In this document: positions 7,851 through 17,829 of the stretch, piece by piece
Layout of the letters: each line of letters starts with the position of its first letter
Numbering within the stretch: the first letter of the stretch is position 1
Source: an uncultured Clostridia bacterium
Lineage (GTDB): Bacteria > Acidobacteriota > Blastocatellia > UBA7656
Direction: 5' to 3'
Assembly: GCA_964548075.1 (NCBI GenBank)
Contig: CAZJQQ010000008.1
Coordinates: forward strand, 57,237 to 121,236
Length of the DNA: 64,000 nucleotides
The notes under the pieces: generated by a model
The model's database searches: none
The model's input: only the letters and a program-made list of their open reading frames with translations
What the model was told of the DNA's origin: nothing
Position numbers and translations under genes: made by a program

Positions 7851-10682
7851 TTGACAAAGGAAGACGCCTGCCATACTGGAGGAAGTATGCCGAAACTACA
7901 ATCAGACACGCCGCCTCTTTCGCTTTCTCAAGTCTTGGAAGACGAATACGTAAAACTACACAACGCCTCGCGCCCAACGTATCCCGATGGCGCAAGCGAG
8001 GACGAGCGGCTCTCGGCGATTTACAAGCTCATCCATGCGCTTGAGCCGAAGCGCTCCGCCCTTTGTATTTCGGGCGGCGGGATTCGAAGCGCGACGTTCG
8101 CGTTAGGAATAATTCAGGGCCTGGCCCGCTGTGGCAGTCTCGACAAATTCGATTACCTGTCTACGGTTTCAGGCGGCGGCTACATCGGAAGCTGGCTGAC
8201 GGCCTGGACGCACAGGCATGGATTGCGTCAGGTCCTGGGTGAGCTGAGCCAGGAGCGGCGGTCGCCGCTCGCGCCGGAGCCGGGGCCGGTCAGTCGATTG
8301 CGCGATTACAGTAACTACCTCAATCCGAAGTTGGGGTTGTTATCGGCAGACACGTGGACGCTGGTGGCAACGGTGTTGCGGAACCTGTTGCTGAACTGGT
8401 TTGTGCTGATCCCTTTGCTGGCGGCGGCGCTGATGATCCCCCGCGTCGGGATTCCCGTGCTCCAGATGAGCGTTTCGGATCGTCTAGCGGATTGGTGTTT
8501 ATGGCTTGGCTGCATTTCGCTGGTCTGGGCAATCGGCTATATCGCGCTTCATCGGCCTAGCATCAATCTTCTAAAAGGCGATCAAGGCGGCTTCTTGAAG
8601 TGGTGCCTCCTACCGCTGACATTGGCGTCGATTCTTCTCATCACATATTGGGCGTGGGCGGGCCACAAGCTCGTGTGGCAGAACTCGTTCGAGCTTAGCC
8701 TGGGCGGAAAGGAGATCGAGATCAGGAAGGATCTGTTGATCTTCGTGGTTCTCGGAATTGGAATCAACCTTATCGCTTTCCTAGGAGGGACGCTGGTGAG
8801 GTTTCGCCAAATCAAGGTGACCGCACTGTGGGAAGCGATCGCGATTATATTCACCGGCGCGCTGGGTGGTTGTCTGGTCTGGTGCGGGGCAACGCTGGTG
8901 TTTCCCGAACCTCTGAAAACGCCAACAACCCTTTTGCTATATGTCTGCTTTTCATCGCCGGTATTCTTGACGGCGCTCTTGCTGGCGGAATCGGTATTCG
9001 TCGGGCTCTCCAGCTACTGGACGAGCGATCACGACCGGGAATGGTGGTCGCGGTCGGGCGCGTGGATTCTGATCTACGTGGTAGTTTGGAGCGCAGCAAG
9101 CGCCCTCCTGATCTTTGGCGCGATGGGGGTGCTATGGCTGGGAACTGAGCTACAGGCCATCATGGCGTCTGTCGGAGGACTGTCCGGGTTGATCACGGTC
9201 CTGGCCGGGCGTAGCGCAAAAACGTCTTCGCAGGAAGAATCCGAGCCGAAGCAGAACGGCAACGCCGGATCGAAGACTTCGGTGATGCAATACGGGCTCG
9301 CGCTCGCAGCGCCGATCTTTGCCGTCTTCTTGACGGTCCTCATCGCTCTGGGAGCCGAGATACTGTTTCATCGAAGCATCCCGCACAAACCGGAAGACTA
9401 CCAACACCTGATTCTCGTCACGACGCTCAAGAATTTTTCGATCTTTGTAATCGGCATGGCGGCGCTCGGGTTTGTGATGGGAATCTTCATCAACATCAAT
9501 AAGTTCTCGCTTCATGCGATGTATCGCAATCGACTGATCCGCGCCTATCTCGGGGCCTCGCGAGAGCACCGGGATCCGAACCTGTTCACTGGATTCGATG
9601 ACAAAGACAACATCCAGATGCATGCTCTGTGGCCAAACAATCAGCCGCCGCACGAGGGCTCGCCGCGCCAGCCGTTCCACGTAATAAACATGGCGCTCAA
9701 TCTCGTCGCCGGCGAGAACCTCGCGTGGCAGCAGAGAAAAGCCGAGTCATTCACGGCCTCGCCGCTGCACGCGGGATGCTACCGCGAAAACGTTGGCTAT
9801 CGAAGAACGGAATACGAGGTCGACGGCGAGAAGACTTATTATGGCGGCAGAGAAGGTATCTCACTCGGCACTGCCGTCGCCATCTCGGGCGCGGCGGCAA
9901 GCCCCAACATGGGCTATCACTCTTCGCCGGTCGTCGGCTTCCTGATGACCCTATTCAACGCCCGGCTAGGATGGTGGCTCGGCAATCCGGGCCCTGCCGG
10001 GCGACGCACTTTCAACCTTGCCGGACCGCTGCTCGCCGCGCAGCCGATGATAGATGAGGCGCTCGGTCTGACCGATGACGAGAACAAATACGTTTACCTG
10101 TCGGACGGCGGACACTTCGAGAACCTGGCTCTTTATGAAATGGTGCTCCGCCGCTGCCACACAATAGTCGTGAGCGACGCCGGTCAGGATGGGGATTTCA
10201 GATTTGAAGACCTGGGCGGCGCGGTTCGAAAGATTCGAATAGACTTCGGCATACCGATCACCTTTGAGAAAGGAGTCAAGATCTATTCGAGAGAACAGAA
10301 CACCAAGGGTTACTATTGCGCCATCGGCACAATCGGCTATTCGTGTGTTGATGGAGAAGGGACGGATGGCGTCCTGGTCTACATCAAGCCGACCTTTTAT
10401 GGAACGGAGCCGGCTGATGTTTACCAATACGCGCAGAGCAACAAAGCTTTTCCGCATGACTCTACGGCCGACCAGTGGTTCGATGAGGCTCAGTTTGAGA
10501 GCTACCGAATGTTGGGCTCTTACGTGATAGGGCTTATCTGCGGGCATGCTGATAAGAAAGACGGTCCCAAGAAGAAGGCCGCGACAGATACCAACCTCGA
10601 TGAATTCTTAGAGAAGGTTCGCGAGTATCTTGCGCGGCCGGTGGAGGCGCAGTTGGACGAACGCAACAAACCTGCTTCGTAG
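7851..10682 (+). CDS. Patatin-like phospholipase with a large polytopic membrane region inserted between the Ser and Asp catalytic elements
   Basis: CISGGGIRSAT (oxyanion GGGxR) and VSGGGYIGS (GxSxG) lie near aa 70-110. About 10 predicted hydrophobic helices span aa ~170-560. A DGG-type motif (LSDGGHFENLALYE) lies near aa 750. Confidence 0.7.
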   Translation: MTKEDACHTGGSMPKLQSDTPPLSLSQVLEDEYVKLHNASRPTYPDGASEDERLSAIYKLIHALEPKRSALCISGGGIRSATFALGIIQGLARCGSLDKFDYLSTVSGGGYIGSWLTAWTHRHGLRQVLGELSQERRSPLAPEPGPVSRLRDYSNYLNPKLGLLSADTWTLVATVLRNLLLNWFVLIPLLAAALMIPRVGIPVLQMSVSDRLADWCLWLGCISLVWAIGYIALHRPSINLLKGDQGGFLKWCLLPLTLASILLITYWAWAGHKLVWQNSFELSLGGKEIEIRKDLLIFVVLGIGINLIAFLGGTLVRFRQIKVTALWEAIAIIFTGALGGCLVWCGATLVFPEPLKTPTTLLLYVCFSSPVFLTALLLAESVFVGLSSYWTSDHDREWWSRSGAWILIYVVVWSAASALLIFGAMGVLWLGTELQAIMASVGGLSGLITVLAGRSAKTSSQEESEPKQNGNAGSKTSVMQYGLALAAPIFAVFLTVLIALGAEILFHRSIPHKPEDYQHLILVTTLKNFSIFVIGMAALGFVMGIFININKFSLHAMYRNRLIRAYLGASREHRDPNLFTGFDDKDNIQMHALWPNNQPPHEGSPRQPFHVINMALNLVAGENLAWQQRKAESFTASPLHAGCYRENVGYRRTEYEVDGEKTYYGGREGISLGTAVAISGAAASPNMGYHSSPVVGFLMTLFNARLGWWLGNPGPAGRRTFNLAGPLLAAQPMIDEALGLTDDENKYVYLSDGGHFENLALYEMVLRRCHTIVVSDAGQDGDFRFEDLGGAVRKIRIDFGIPITFEKGVKIYSREQNTKGYYCAIGTIGYSCVDGEGTDGVLVYIKPTFYGTEPADVYQYAQSNKAFPHDSTADQWFDEAQFESYRMLGSYVIGLICGHADKKDGPKKKAATDTNLDEFLEKVREYLARPVEAQLDERNKPAS

Positions 10683-10688
10683 CGCGCA

Positions 10689-10946
10689 ATGAAGCTCAAG
10701 ATAAAGATTCTGCCAAGCGGACGCCGAGAGTGGTTATGGGTGGCGCTCCAGATCGTAATCTTCGGGACTCTTTTTCTCGCGGCAAGTTTCTACGTGACCA
10801 GTATGCCCGGGCAGTCTTACTCGGGACCGCTCCGGCCGCTCACCGATTTCGATGTGGAGATTCGCGAGAGGCTTAGGAAGCATGTCTCAACGCTGGCAGA
10901 GCGGATCGGCGAAAGAAACGTCAAGCACTACGAATGGCGCGAGTAG
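10689..10946 (+). CDS. Small membrane protein (one TM helix)
   Basis: 85-aa ORF starting 7 bp after the patatin-like gene stop. Hydrophobic segment WLWVALQIVIFGTLFLAASFYV. Confidence 0.35.
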   Translation: MKLKIKILPSGRREWLWVALQIVIFGTLFLAASFYVTSMPGQSYSGPLRPLTDFDVEIRERLRKHVSTLAERIGERNVKHYEWRE

Positions 10947-11042
10947 TTGCCGGTGTGAGCCAGATCGTACGCGATCTCAGTCAGAGCCGATGAGATCATT
11001 GAGCGCGGATGGTGTTGCTGCGCGAATCGACGGGGAAGGGAA

Positions 11043-11783
11043 TTGGATAGAACACTGATTCTGGGAATCGTCGTGCTGGCTGTGTTGACCATTGCGGTCG
11101 GCGCGTGGATGGAAGGGTCACACTTCTCGCCACAGGAAACACCGTTTTCGAGCGGCTTCACCAAACATGTTCTCGCTATCGAGCTCGTGAGGACCACTAG
11201 CGACGTGCAAGAGATCGTCGGCGAGTTGGGAGATCCAAATCGCGAGGTTATGCGCGGCAAGGTGCAGAAGGATTTCTTCTTCATTCCGGCATATGCGCTC
11301 TTGTTTGCGGCGCTGGGCTGGCTGCTTGGCCGAAGCAACTATCGGTTTGCTATTTGGGTGGGCGCCGCAATCGTAGTCAACGCGGCGGGCGCAGCCGTGT
11401 TCGACGTGATCGAGAATCTGCGTATCTTTAGTGTTCTCGATGCGCGATTGGCTGATACCACTCAGACGATGTTGGACAGCTTGCGCTCGGCTTCGCTGGT
11501 CAAGTGGGCATTTGTCTTTATTGCGATGGCGCTGCTCTCACCGATTGTTTTCTTGCGGCGAGAACTGTTCACCTTGCCGATCGGGCCGTCGCGGCTGGCC
11601 GGGGTCTTCGGCGTCATCATCGCGTTAGCCAATCTGCTCGCCGCCATCATCGGCCTGATCGGGCTGAAGCAGGATCCGCTCATCGAGAAAGCGTCGATGT
11701 TCATGTCGCTGGCGCTTTTGTTGACCGTGTTGCTGCTGTTGATAACCGCATTGACTCGCGGTCGCCCGGCGAACAACTCCTAA
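11043..11783 (+). CDS. Integral membrane protein, hypothetical
   Basis: 246 aa with multiple hydrophobic helices. Same strand as the upstream patatin-like gene. Confidence 0.45.
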   Translation: MDRTLILGIVVLAVLTIAVGAWMEGSHFSPQETPFSSGFTKHVLAIELVRTTSDVQEIVGELGDPNREVMRGKVQKDFFFIPAYALLFAALGWLLGRSNYRFAIWVGAAIVVNAAGAAVFDVIENLRIFSVLDARLADTTQTMLDSLRSASLVKWAFVFIAMALLSPIVFLRRELFTLPIGPSRLAGVFGVIIALANLLAAIIGLIGLKQDPLIEKASMFMSLALLLTVLLLLITALTRGRPANNS

Positions 11784-11976
11784 GGGAGCGCTTAATTTCT
11801 CAAGTCAGCACGAACGATATGCCAGCAATGCAATCAGAAGCGTTAGCAACACAAGCGCGCCGATCTGCTGAGAGCGAGTGAAACTCATAACCCAGCCTAA
11901 AAGAAAAACGCCTAAGGGATAAGGTTAAGCGATCGACCTCGTCCCTTTCGCGCTTTCTCTTGCCCTTCTCCGTTAC

Positions 11977-13472
11977 CTATCCCTTCGCCGCGTGATTGCA
12001 CACGTAGTTGATCAGTGTTCGGATCGCGACGCCGGTCGGGCCTTTCGCCATGTAAGGTTTGCGCTCGTTCTCCCACGCGGTGCCGGCGATGTCCAGGTGC
12101 ACCCAGGGAGTGTCTTCGGCAAACTCGCGTAGAAAGTACGCCGCCGTGATCGTGCCGGCATTCCGCCCTGCGGAGTTCTTGATATCGGCGATGTCGCTCT
12201 TGATCAACTCGCGATAATCGTCGTCCATCGGCAGTTCCCAAAAGCGCTCGCCGACTTCGCGAGCCGCCTCGCGTACTTCGTCGATGAACGCCTGGTTGTT
12301 GCCAAGTATCGCGACGTTGATTGTGCCGAGCGCGATCGAGACTGCGCCCGTCAGCGTCGCCAGATCGATTATCTTCGTCGCGCCAAGCTTGCGCGCGTAG
12401 CTGATCGCGTCCGCCAGAATCAAACGGCCCTCGGCGTCGGTGTTGATCACCTCGATAGTTTTTCCGCTCATCGCGCGCAACACGTCGCCCGGTTTATACG
12501 CTCGCCCCGAAGGCATGTTCTCAGTAGTAGGCATCAGGCCGATCACGTTCGCTTTTGGCTTGAGCTGGGCGATCGCGCGCATCGCCGCAAGCGTAGCCGC
12601 CGCGCCCGACATGTCGTACTTCATTCTTTCCATGCCCTCGGCCGGCTTGATCGAGATTCCACCCGAGTCGAAGGTGATTCCCTTTCCAACGATCGCAATC
12701 ACGTCGGTGTCCCCTTCGTCGGCGCTGTAGCGAAGCACCACCAGCTTCGCCGGTTCGTCGGACCCGCGAGCGACTCCGAGCAGCGCGCCCATGCCAAGCT
12801 CTTTCATCCGCGCCTCGTCGAGCACGTCGATGTCGAGCCCAAACTTGCTCGCGGTTTCCTTCGCCCGCTCCGCAAGCTCCGAAGGCGTCAGCGTCGAGCT
12901 TGGTTCGTTTGAAAGCTCGCGAGCCAGGTTGACCGCTTCACCGATGATGCGCCCGCGCTCGACACCTCTCGCAAGCTCGTCGTCCGAGCCGGCCGCTGCG
13001 GCGACAAGAACCAACTCATCGATCCTGCGCTCCTCCTTGTTCTCGGTCTTGTACATGTCAGGCTCGAACAAGCCGAGGAGCACGCCTTCGACCGCGGCTT
13101 GAGCACTGTTGCCGATATCGAGCTGGGAGCGGCGAAGCACCGCCATCGATCGCGCACCCTTGCCGCGAAGGAACCGCGCGGCCGAGCCGGTCACTTTGCG
13201 AATCGTGTCCAGCGAGAACTCTTCGCGCTTGCCCGCCCCGACCAGCAGCAGTCGCCCGGCGCGGAGATTTCCGGGGCGATGAACGAAGACCATATCGCCC
13301 TGCTTGCCGCGCATCTCATCGCTGCCGAGCATTTCGCTGACGATTCCGCCGGTGCGTTCGTCCAACTCTTTCAGTGCGCCTTCGTTTGCTTTCTCGCCTT
13401 CGTATATGGTCACAACCAGCGCGTCAGCTTCGACGTCGTAGAACTTCGCGAACTCAGCTCTTACTTCCATCT
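11977..13472 (-). CDS. pepA: Leucyl aminopeptidase (M17 family). The start is assigned to MEVRAEF because the longer upstream frame runs through an intergenic palindrome.
   Basis: Has the NTDAEGRL M17 metal-binding signature and the VGKGITFDSGG motif. The 528-aa track ORF extends into the heptamer-repeat hairpin, which encodes an implausible AIGNRQSAN stretch. Confidence 0.8.
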
Positions 13473-13486
13473 TTAGATTTGCGGAT

Positions 13487-13580
13487 TGCCGATTGCCGAT
13501 TGCCGATTGCGAATCAGGGAAGAGGCGTTCGCGTCGCTTACCTCCGAAATCCGCAATCGGCAATCGGCAATCGGCAATTA
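13487..13580. repeat. Heptamer-repeat palindrome: (GATTGCC)x4-like left arm and (GGCAATC)x4-like right arm form a 27-bp perfect inverted repeat around a ~40-nt loop, between smpB and pepA
   Basis: ATTGCCGATTGCCGATTGCCGATTGCG at 13497-13523 is the exact reverse complement of CGCAATCGGCAATCGGCAATCGGCAAT at 13548-13574. It starts at the smpB stop codon. Confidence 0.7.
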
Positions 13581-14036
13581 CCGGCTCCTTTCTTTGATCA
13601 TTGCGCGTGCTTCGCGGTCGGCTTCACGCCGCTTTTCCGTCTCGCGCTTGTCGTAAAGTTTCTTTCCCTTGGCAACGGCAAGCTCGATTTTGAGGCGCCC
13701 GTTCTTCAAATACATCTTGGTCGGAACAAGCGTGAGGCCCTTCTCCTGAACCTTGCCCGCTAGCTTGTCGATTTCAGCCCGGTGCAACAGAAGCTTTCGC
13801 GCGCGCGTCGGCTCGTGGTTTTCGCGATTGCCGTGAGTGTATGGGCTGATGTGCACGTTCATCAGCCACGCCTCCTGCTGGCGTATCTGCGCGTACCCGT
13901 CCTTCAAGTTGCAGCGTCCCTCGCGCGCTGATTTCACCTCTGTGCCGGTCAGTGCGACGCCGCATTCGTGAGTCTCGAGTATATGGAAGTTGTGGTATGC
14001 CTCTCGATTGGTCGCCACCACTTTGTCCGTAGTCAT
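13578..14036 (-). CDS. smpB: SsrA-binding protein SmpB
   Basis: Strong family match from MTTDKVVATNREAYHNFHILE... to the basic C-terminal tail. The longer track ORF carries an implausible N-terminal extension. Confidence 0.85.
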   Translation of the reverse strand: MTTDKVVATNREAYHNFHILETHECGVALTGTEVKSAREGRCNLKDGYAQIRQQEAWLMNVHISPYTHGNRENHEPTRARKLLLHRAEIDKLAGKVQEKGLTLVPTKMYLKNGRLKIELAVAKGKKLYDKRETEKRREADREARAMIKERSR

Positions 14037-14295
14037 AAGAAGGAAACGTGCGAGCTTAGGAACTATCAGTAAGCGCCACTCGAATAGCAGAAGAATATAT
14101 CCGATGGTTCGACTACACGCAACGCCCAAACCTTGTGAGTGCGAGTCGACACTTTGCGATTACCTCAGTCGCAGTGGAATGCGCGATCTTGACGTGCCCG
14201 ATGTTTGACAAATCGACCGCTACGGAATAGAAAAGGAGCGCATCCGAGTTACCAACCGTAGTCGGATAGTTCCCTGTAGCACAGGAGCAAACGAA

Positions 14296-15156
14296 ATGTG
14301 TCGGCTAGTTAAGCAGCTTGGTGCAAGCGCCGCCGCGACGATCGTCGCGGTCATCCTCTGCACGCCAGTTTCCGGGCAAGACAAGAAGCTGACCCTCGAG
14401 GAGCTGCTTGCTCATCACCTGGACTCGATTGGCAGCGCGCAAGCCCGCGGCTTTGCAAAGAATCGCGTCGTCAGCGGAACGGTGAAGCTGGTCAGCCGCG
14501 TTGGTACCGCCAGCAACATTGATGGGCAAGCGGCATTGGCGTCATCGGGAGCGAAGCTGCGGTACAGCATCAGGTTCACGTCTCCTCAATATACCGGGGA
14601 ACAGCTCGCGTTTGACGGTTCAAAAATCCTGACGGGGCATTTGCCTGGCGGGCGGCGCTCGCCGTTAAGCCTGTACCTCGAACAACAGAGCCTGCCGCTC
14701 AGAGATGGTCTGCTCGGAGGGAGTCTTTCGACCGCCTGGGCTATGCTCAGGCTCGATCAACTGAAACCGCGATTGGATTACAAAGGCCTGAAGAAGATCG
14801 ACGGCCGGCAGCTACATGAAGTGAGCTACCGCCCTGAGAAGGGATCAACGGACCTGAAGGTGGCGTTGTTCTTCGACGCGGCAACCTTTCAGCATGTGCG
14901 CACCGAATACGAGTTCAAAGTTCCAGCTCGACTCGGATCCGGGCCAAACGATTCAGCCAGGCTACAGGAGGACTATTACAAGCTTGTCGAGGACTTCGAC
15001 GACTTTCGCGCAGTCGATGCGCTCATGATCCCGCGCAAGTACAGGCTTCAGCTCCAGCTGCAGACCTCGAGTGGATCAAATGTCTTCGATTGGAATGTCG
15101 TGATCGAGCAGGTCTTGCACAATCAGGCGTTGGACGAGCAGATCTTTAGCAAGTGA
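14296..15156 (+). CDS. Secreted hypothetical protein
   Basis: 286 aa with the signal peptide AAATIVAVILCTPVSGQ. No recognisable catalytic motif. Confidence 0.45.
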   Translation: MCRLVKQLGASAAATIVAVILCTPVSGQDKKLTLEELLAHHLDSIGSAQARGFAKNRVVSGTVKLVSRVGTASNIDGQAALASSGAKLRYSIRFTSPQYTGEQLAFDGSKILTGHLPGGRRSPLSLYLEQQSLPLRDGLLGGSLSTAWAMLRLDQLKPRLDYKGLKKIDGRQLHEVSYRPEKGSTDLKVALFFDAATFQHVRTEYEFKVPARLGSGPNDSARLQEDYYKLVEDFDDFRAVDALMIPRKYRLQLQLQTSSGSNVFDWNVVIEQVLHNQALDEQIFSK

Positions 15157-15307
15157 TCGTTCCTGGTGCATTCTCGCGCAAGTAGTCCGCGATTTTCGCG
15201 TAACACCAGAGCCACCCGCCGCAACTCACTTCTGCCCCCTCTGCCAGCAGTGTAGAATCTAGGTCATCTCTCCGTATTGACGGGAGGTTGACCAATAGCA
15301 AACGCAC

Positions 15308-16339
15308 ATGGCAAGGGACGACAGATACTCTCGACAAATACTTTTCAAAGGCATCGGCGAAGAAGGCCAGGCCCGGCTTGCTCAATCCAAGGTTGTGATC
15401 ATCGGCTGTGGTGCGCTCGGCGCCGTGCAAGCGGAAACGCTCGCACGAGCTGGCGTGGGCCAACTAGTCCTCGTCGATCGCGACTTCGTCGAAGAATCGA
15501 ATCTACAACGCCAGATCATGTTCGATGAAAGCGATGCGCTGAATCGCCTGCCGAAGTCGGTCGCGGCTGCGTCGCGAATCGCTCGGGTCAATTCAGACAT
15601 TCAAGTCGAGCCGCTGGTTACCGACGTGAACTTTGAGAACATCGAAGAGATCATCGCGGGCGCGAGTCTCGTAATGGATGGGACCGACAACTTCGAGACT
15701 CGCTTTCTGATCAACGATGCGTGCGTGAAATCACGAACGCCCTGGGTGTATGGCGCGGCCGTCGGCTCTTATGGGTTGACGATGACGATTGTTCCGGGCA
15801 GTTCGCCTTGCCTGCGCTGCGTGCTCGAAGCGATGCCCGAGCCCGGCTCAGGTCCGACGTGTGATACCGCGGGCGTGATAATGCCTATCGTCACAACGAT
15901 CGCGTCGATCCAAGCTGCCGAAGCGCTGAAGCTGCTCACAGGTCAGATGGAGAAGCTTCATCGCGCGCTGATTACCATCGACGTGTGGGATTTTCAGTTC
16001 AACAGACTCGACCTCTCGAACTTCGACGCAAGCGACGAGTGTCCCGCGTGCAGTCGTGGGGAGTTCGAGTTCCTGTTGGGCGCGGGTCGGCAGGTAACCA
16101 CTACGCTATGCGGACGCAATGCGGTTCAGATCGCGCGGTCCGGCCGCGGCGCGATAGACTTCGCCGCGCTCGCCGAGCGTTTGAAGTCAGCCGGCGAGGT
16201 TGCGTTCAACGATTTCCTATTGCGATTTCGCGTTGATGGTTACGACATCACAGTGTTCCGAGACGCGCGCAGCATCATTCGAGGAACGACGGATCCCGCA
16301 GTCGCGCGTGGGTTGTATGCTCGGTACATTGGAAGTTGA
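15308..16339 (+). CDS. ThiF/MoeB/HesA-family E1-like adenylyltransferase, stand-alone with no rhodanese domain
   Basis: Has the DRYSRQILF start, the GCGALG Rossmann motif, the conserved LVLVDRDFVEESNLQRQ stretch and two Cys pairs (CLRC, CPAC). Confidence 0.8.
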   Translation: MARDDRYSRQILFKGIGEEGQARLAQSKVVIIGCGALGAVQAETLARAGVGQLVLVDRDFVEESNLQRQIMFDESDALNRLPKSVAAASRIARVNSDIQVEPLVTDVNFENIEEIIAGASLVMDGTDNFETRFLINDACVKSRTPWVYGAAVGSYGLTMTIVPGSSPCLRCVLEAMPEPGSGPTCDTAGVIMPIVTTIASIQAAEALKLLTGQMEKLHRALITIDVWDFQFNRLDLSNFDASDECPACSRGEFEFLLGAGRQVTTTLCGRNAVQIARSGRGAIDFAALAERLKSAGEVAFNDFLLRFRVDGYDITVFRDARSIIRGTTDPAVARGLYARYIGS

Positions 16340-16366
16340 CATAGGTCCAATAGGTCCTATAGGTCA

Positions 16367-17018
16367 TATCATGCAAGCAGGGCTAGCCAGTTTAGTAGCC
16401 GCCGCGGGCGAGGTCTTTGAGCGCGACTTCTTGGGCGCGGGCGAGGTCATCGTTCGGCGTGTGGGTCACAGCCGCGTTCAGCATGTCTTCACTGTGAATG
16501 GCCACACTATCGCGCGGCTGCGATGGCGAGGGTTGCGCCGCGCGGTCTACGAAGCCGACGGCGCGAGGTGGGATATCACTGTCGGGGCGTTGGACAAACG
16601 TGTATCGATCATATCCGACGACGGAGGTGAGTCATTTCTGGTCGAGCGGTCTCGCGCCAATCCGAACAAAGAAGAGCTGCGAATCGAGATGGCCGAGGGC
16701 GACAACTTCTGCTTGATGCGATCGTTTGACAGCCGCTTCCGAGCCGAAGCGTCCTTCGTAGTCCACAAGCAGTTCTACAGTTCCAGACTGCTGGTGTTTC
16801 ACTTCAACATGCGGCGCCGTACACAGACGACCGCGCGAGTAGTGATCAACCCGGTGCTGAAGTGGGAAGCGCGATTCGTGCATCGCTTGCTTGCACTGAG
16901 CGTCTGCCGGATAATCCTTGAGCGCCGGCACTCGGGCTCGCGGCCGCTGAGGGTTAAAGAGATGAGGCTGGGACGCTTTGCGAGCAGCACCCGCGTACTC
17001 GAGCGCAAACGCATCTGA
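16367..17018 (+). CDS. Hypothetical protein
   Basis: ORF downstream of the ThiF-like gene, with the start chosen at the first ATG after a TTGACA-containing repeat region. No motif recognised. Confidence 0.3.
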
Positions 17019-17065
17019 AAGCCTGCCACCCGGCGGCGTTTTTGTGCTAAGCTACGCGAAACAGT

Positions 17066-17650
17066 TTGGCAGGAGGCTTGAGCGAGGGGACTATGTCACG
17101 AACAGGAAATAAGGCGAAGCGAGGAAGAAGAACACCGGTCGTGGTCGGCCTGGTGCTGGTCGTTGCGTTCGTAGTTGTCGGCTGCGCGATGATGGCTGGC
17201 GGCGGCAGCGGTGGAAAACCAATCGCGATATCGCCGACACCCGGGGTGACAGACGACGTTCAGCAGAGCCTCGAGGCATTTCGCGGCAAGGTCGTGATCC
17301 TCGACTTCTGGGCAACGTGGTGCGGACCGTGCCGAATGGAGATACCCGGCTTCATAGCGCTTCAGAACAAGTATCGCGATCAAGGGCTGGAAGTCGTCGG
17401 CGTCTCGATCGACCCGATCGCGCCGCGCGGAAATCCGGGCGGCGCGCCTGCTGTGGCGCCTTTCATGCAGAGCGCGGGCATAAACTACACGATATGGATG
17501 GTCAAGAATCCAGCGGCGCTGAGGGGTTATGATGTGAGCCAGGGGATTCCGACGACATACGTCCTGGATCGCAGCGGCCAGATTGTCAGGACCTACATCG
17601 GAGTGAGGCCGCAGTCGGTGTTTGAGAACGATATCAACTCGCTACTGTGA
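17066..17650 (+). CDS. Membrane-anchored thioredoxin-like thiol:disulfide oxidoreductase (TlpA/ResA family)
   Basis: Has the WCGPC active site in FWATWCGPCRMEIPG and an N-terminal hydrophobic anchor. Confidence 0.8.
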   Translation: MAGGLSEGTMSRTGNKAKRGRRTPVVVGLVLVVAFVVVGCAMMAGGGSGGKPIAISPTPGVTDDVQQSLEAFRGKVVILDFWATWCGPCRMEIPGFIALQNKYRDQGLEVVGVSIDPIAPRGNPGGAPAVAPFMQSAGINYTIWMVKNPAALRGYDVSQGIPTTYVLDRSGQIVRTYIGVRPQSVFENDINSLL

Positions 17651-17829
17651 ATCGTGACATCCGCGCTCACGGCGCGGGGCGGTCGCGCTCATCGCTCAGC
17701 TCGATGGCGGGACGCGATAGAGCAGTGCCATCAGTTCTGATAAACGTAATGCAAACATCTTTAAAGCTTGTGTCAAGTTCACCTCGCCTCTAACGCTACC
17801 TGATAATCTGATCGAGCTCAACGCCGAAG

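Noticed and set aside
11977-13563. The 528-aa version of pepA starting at 13563
   Set aside because: Its first 30 codons are read through the heptamer-repeat palindrome, giving AIGNRQSAN. The conserved M17 alignment begins near MEVRAEF, so the start was moved to 13472.
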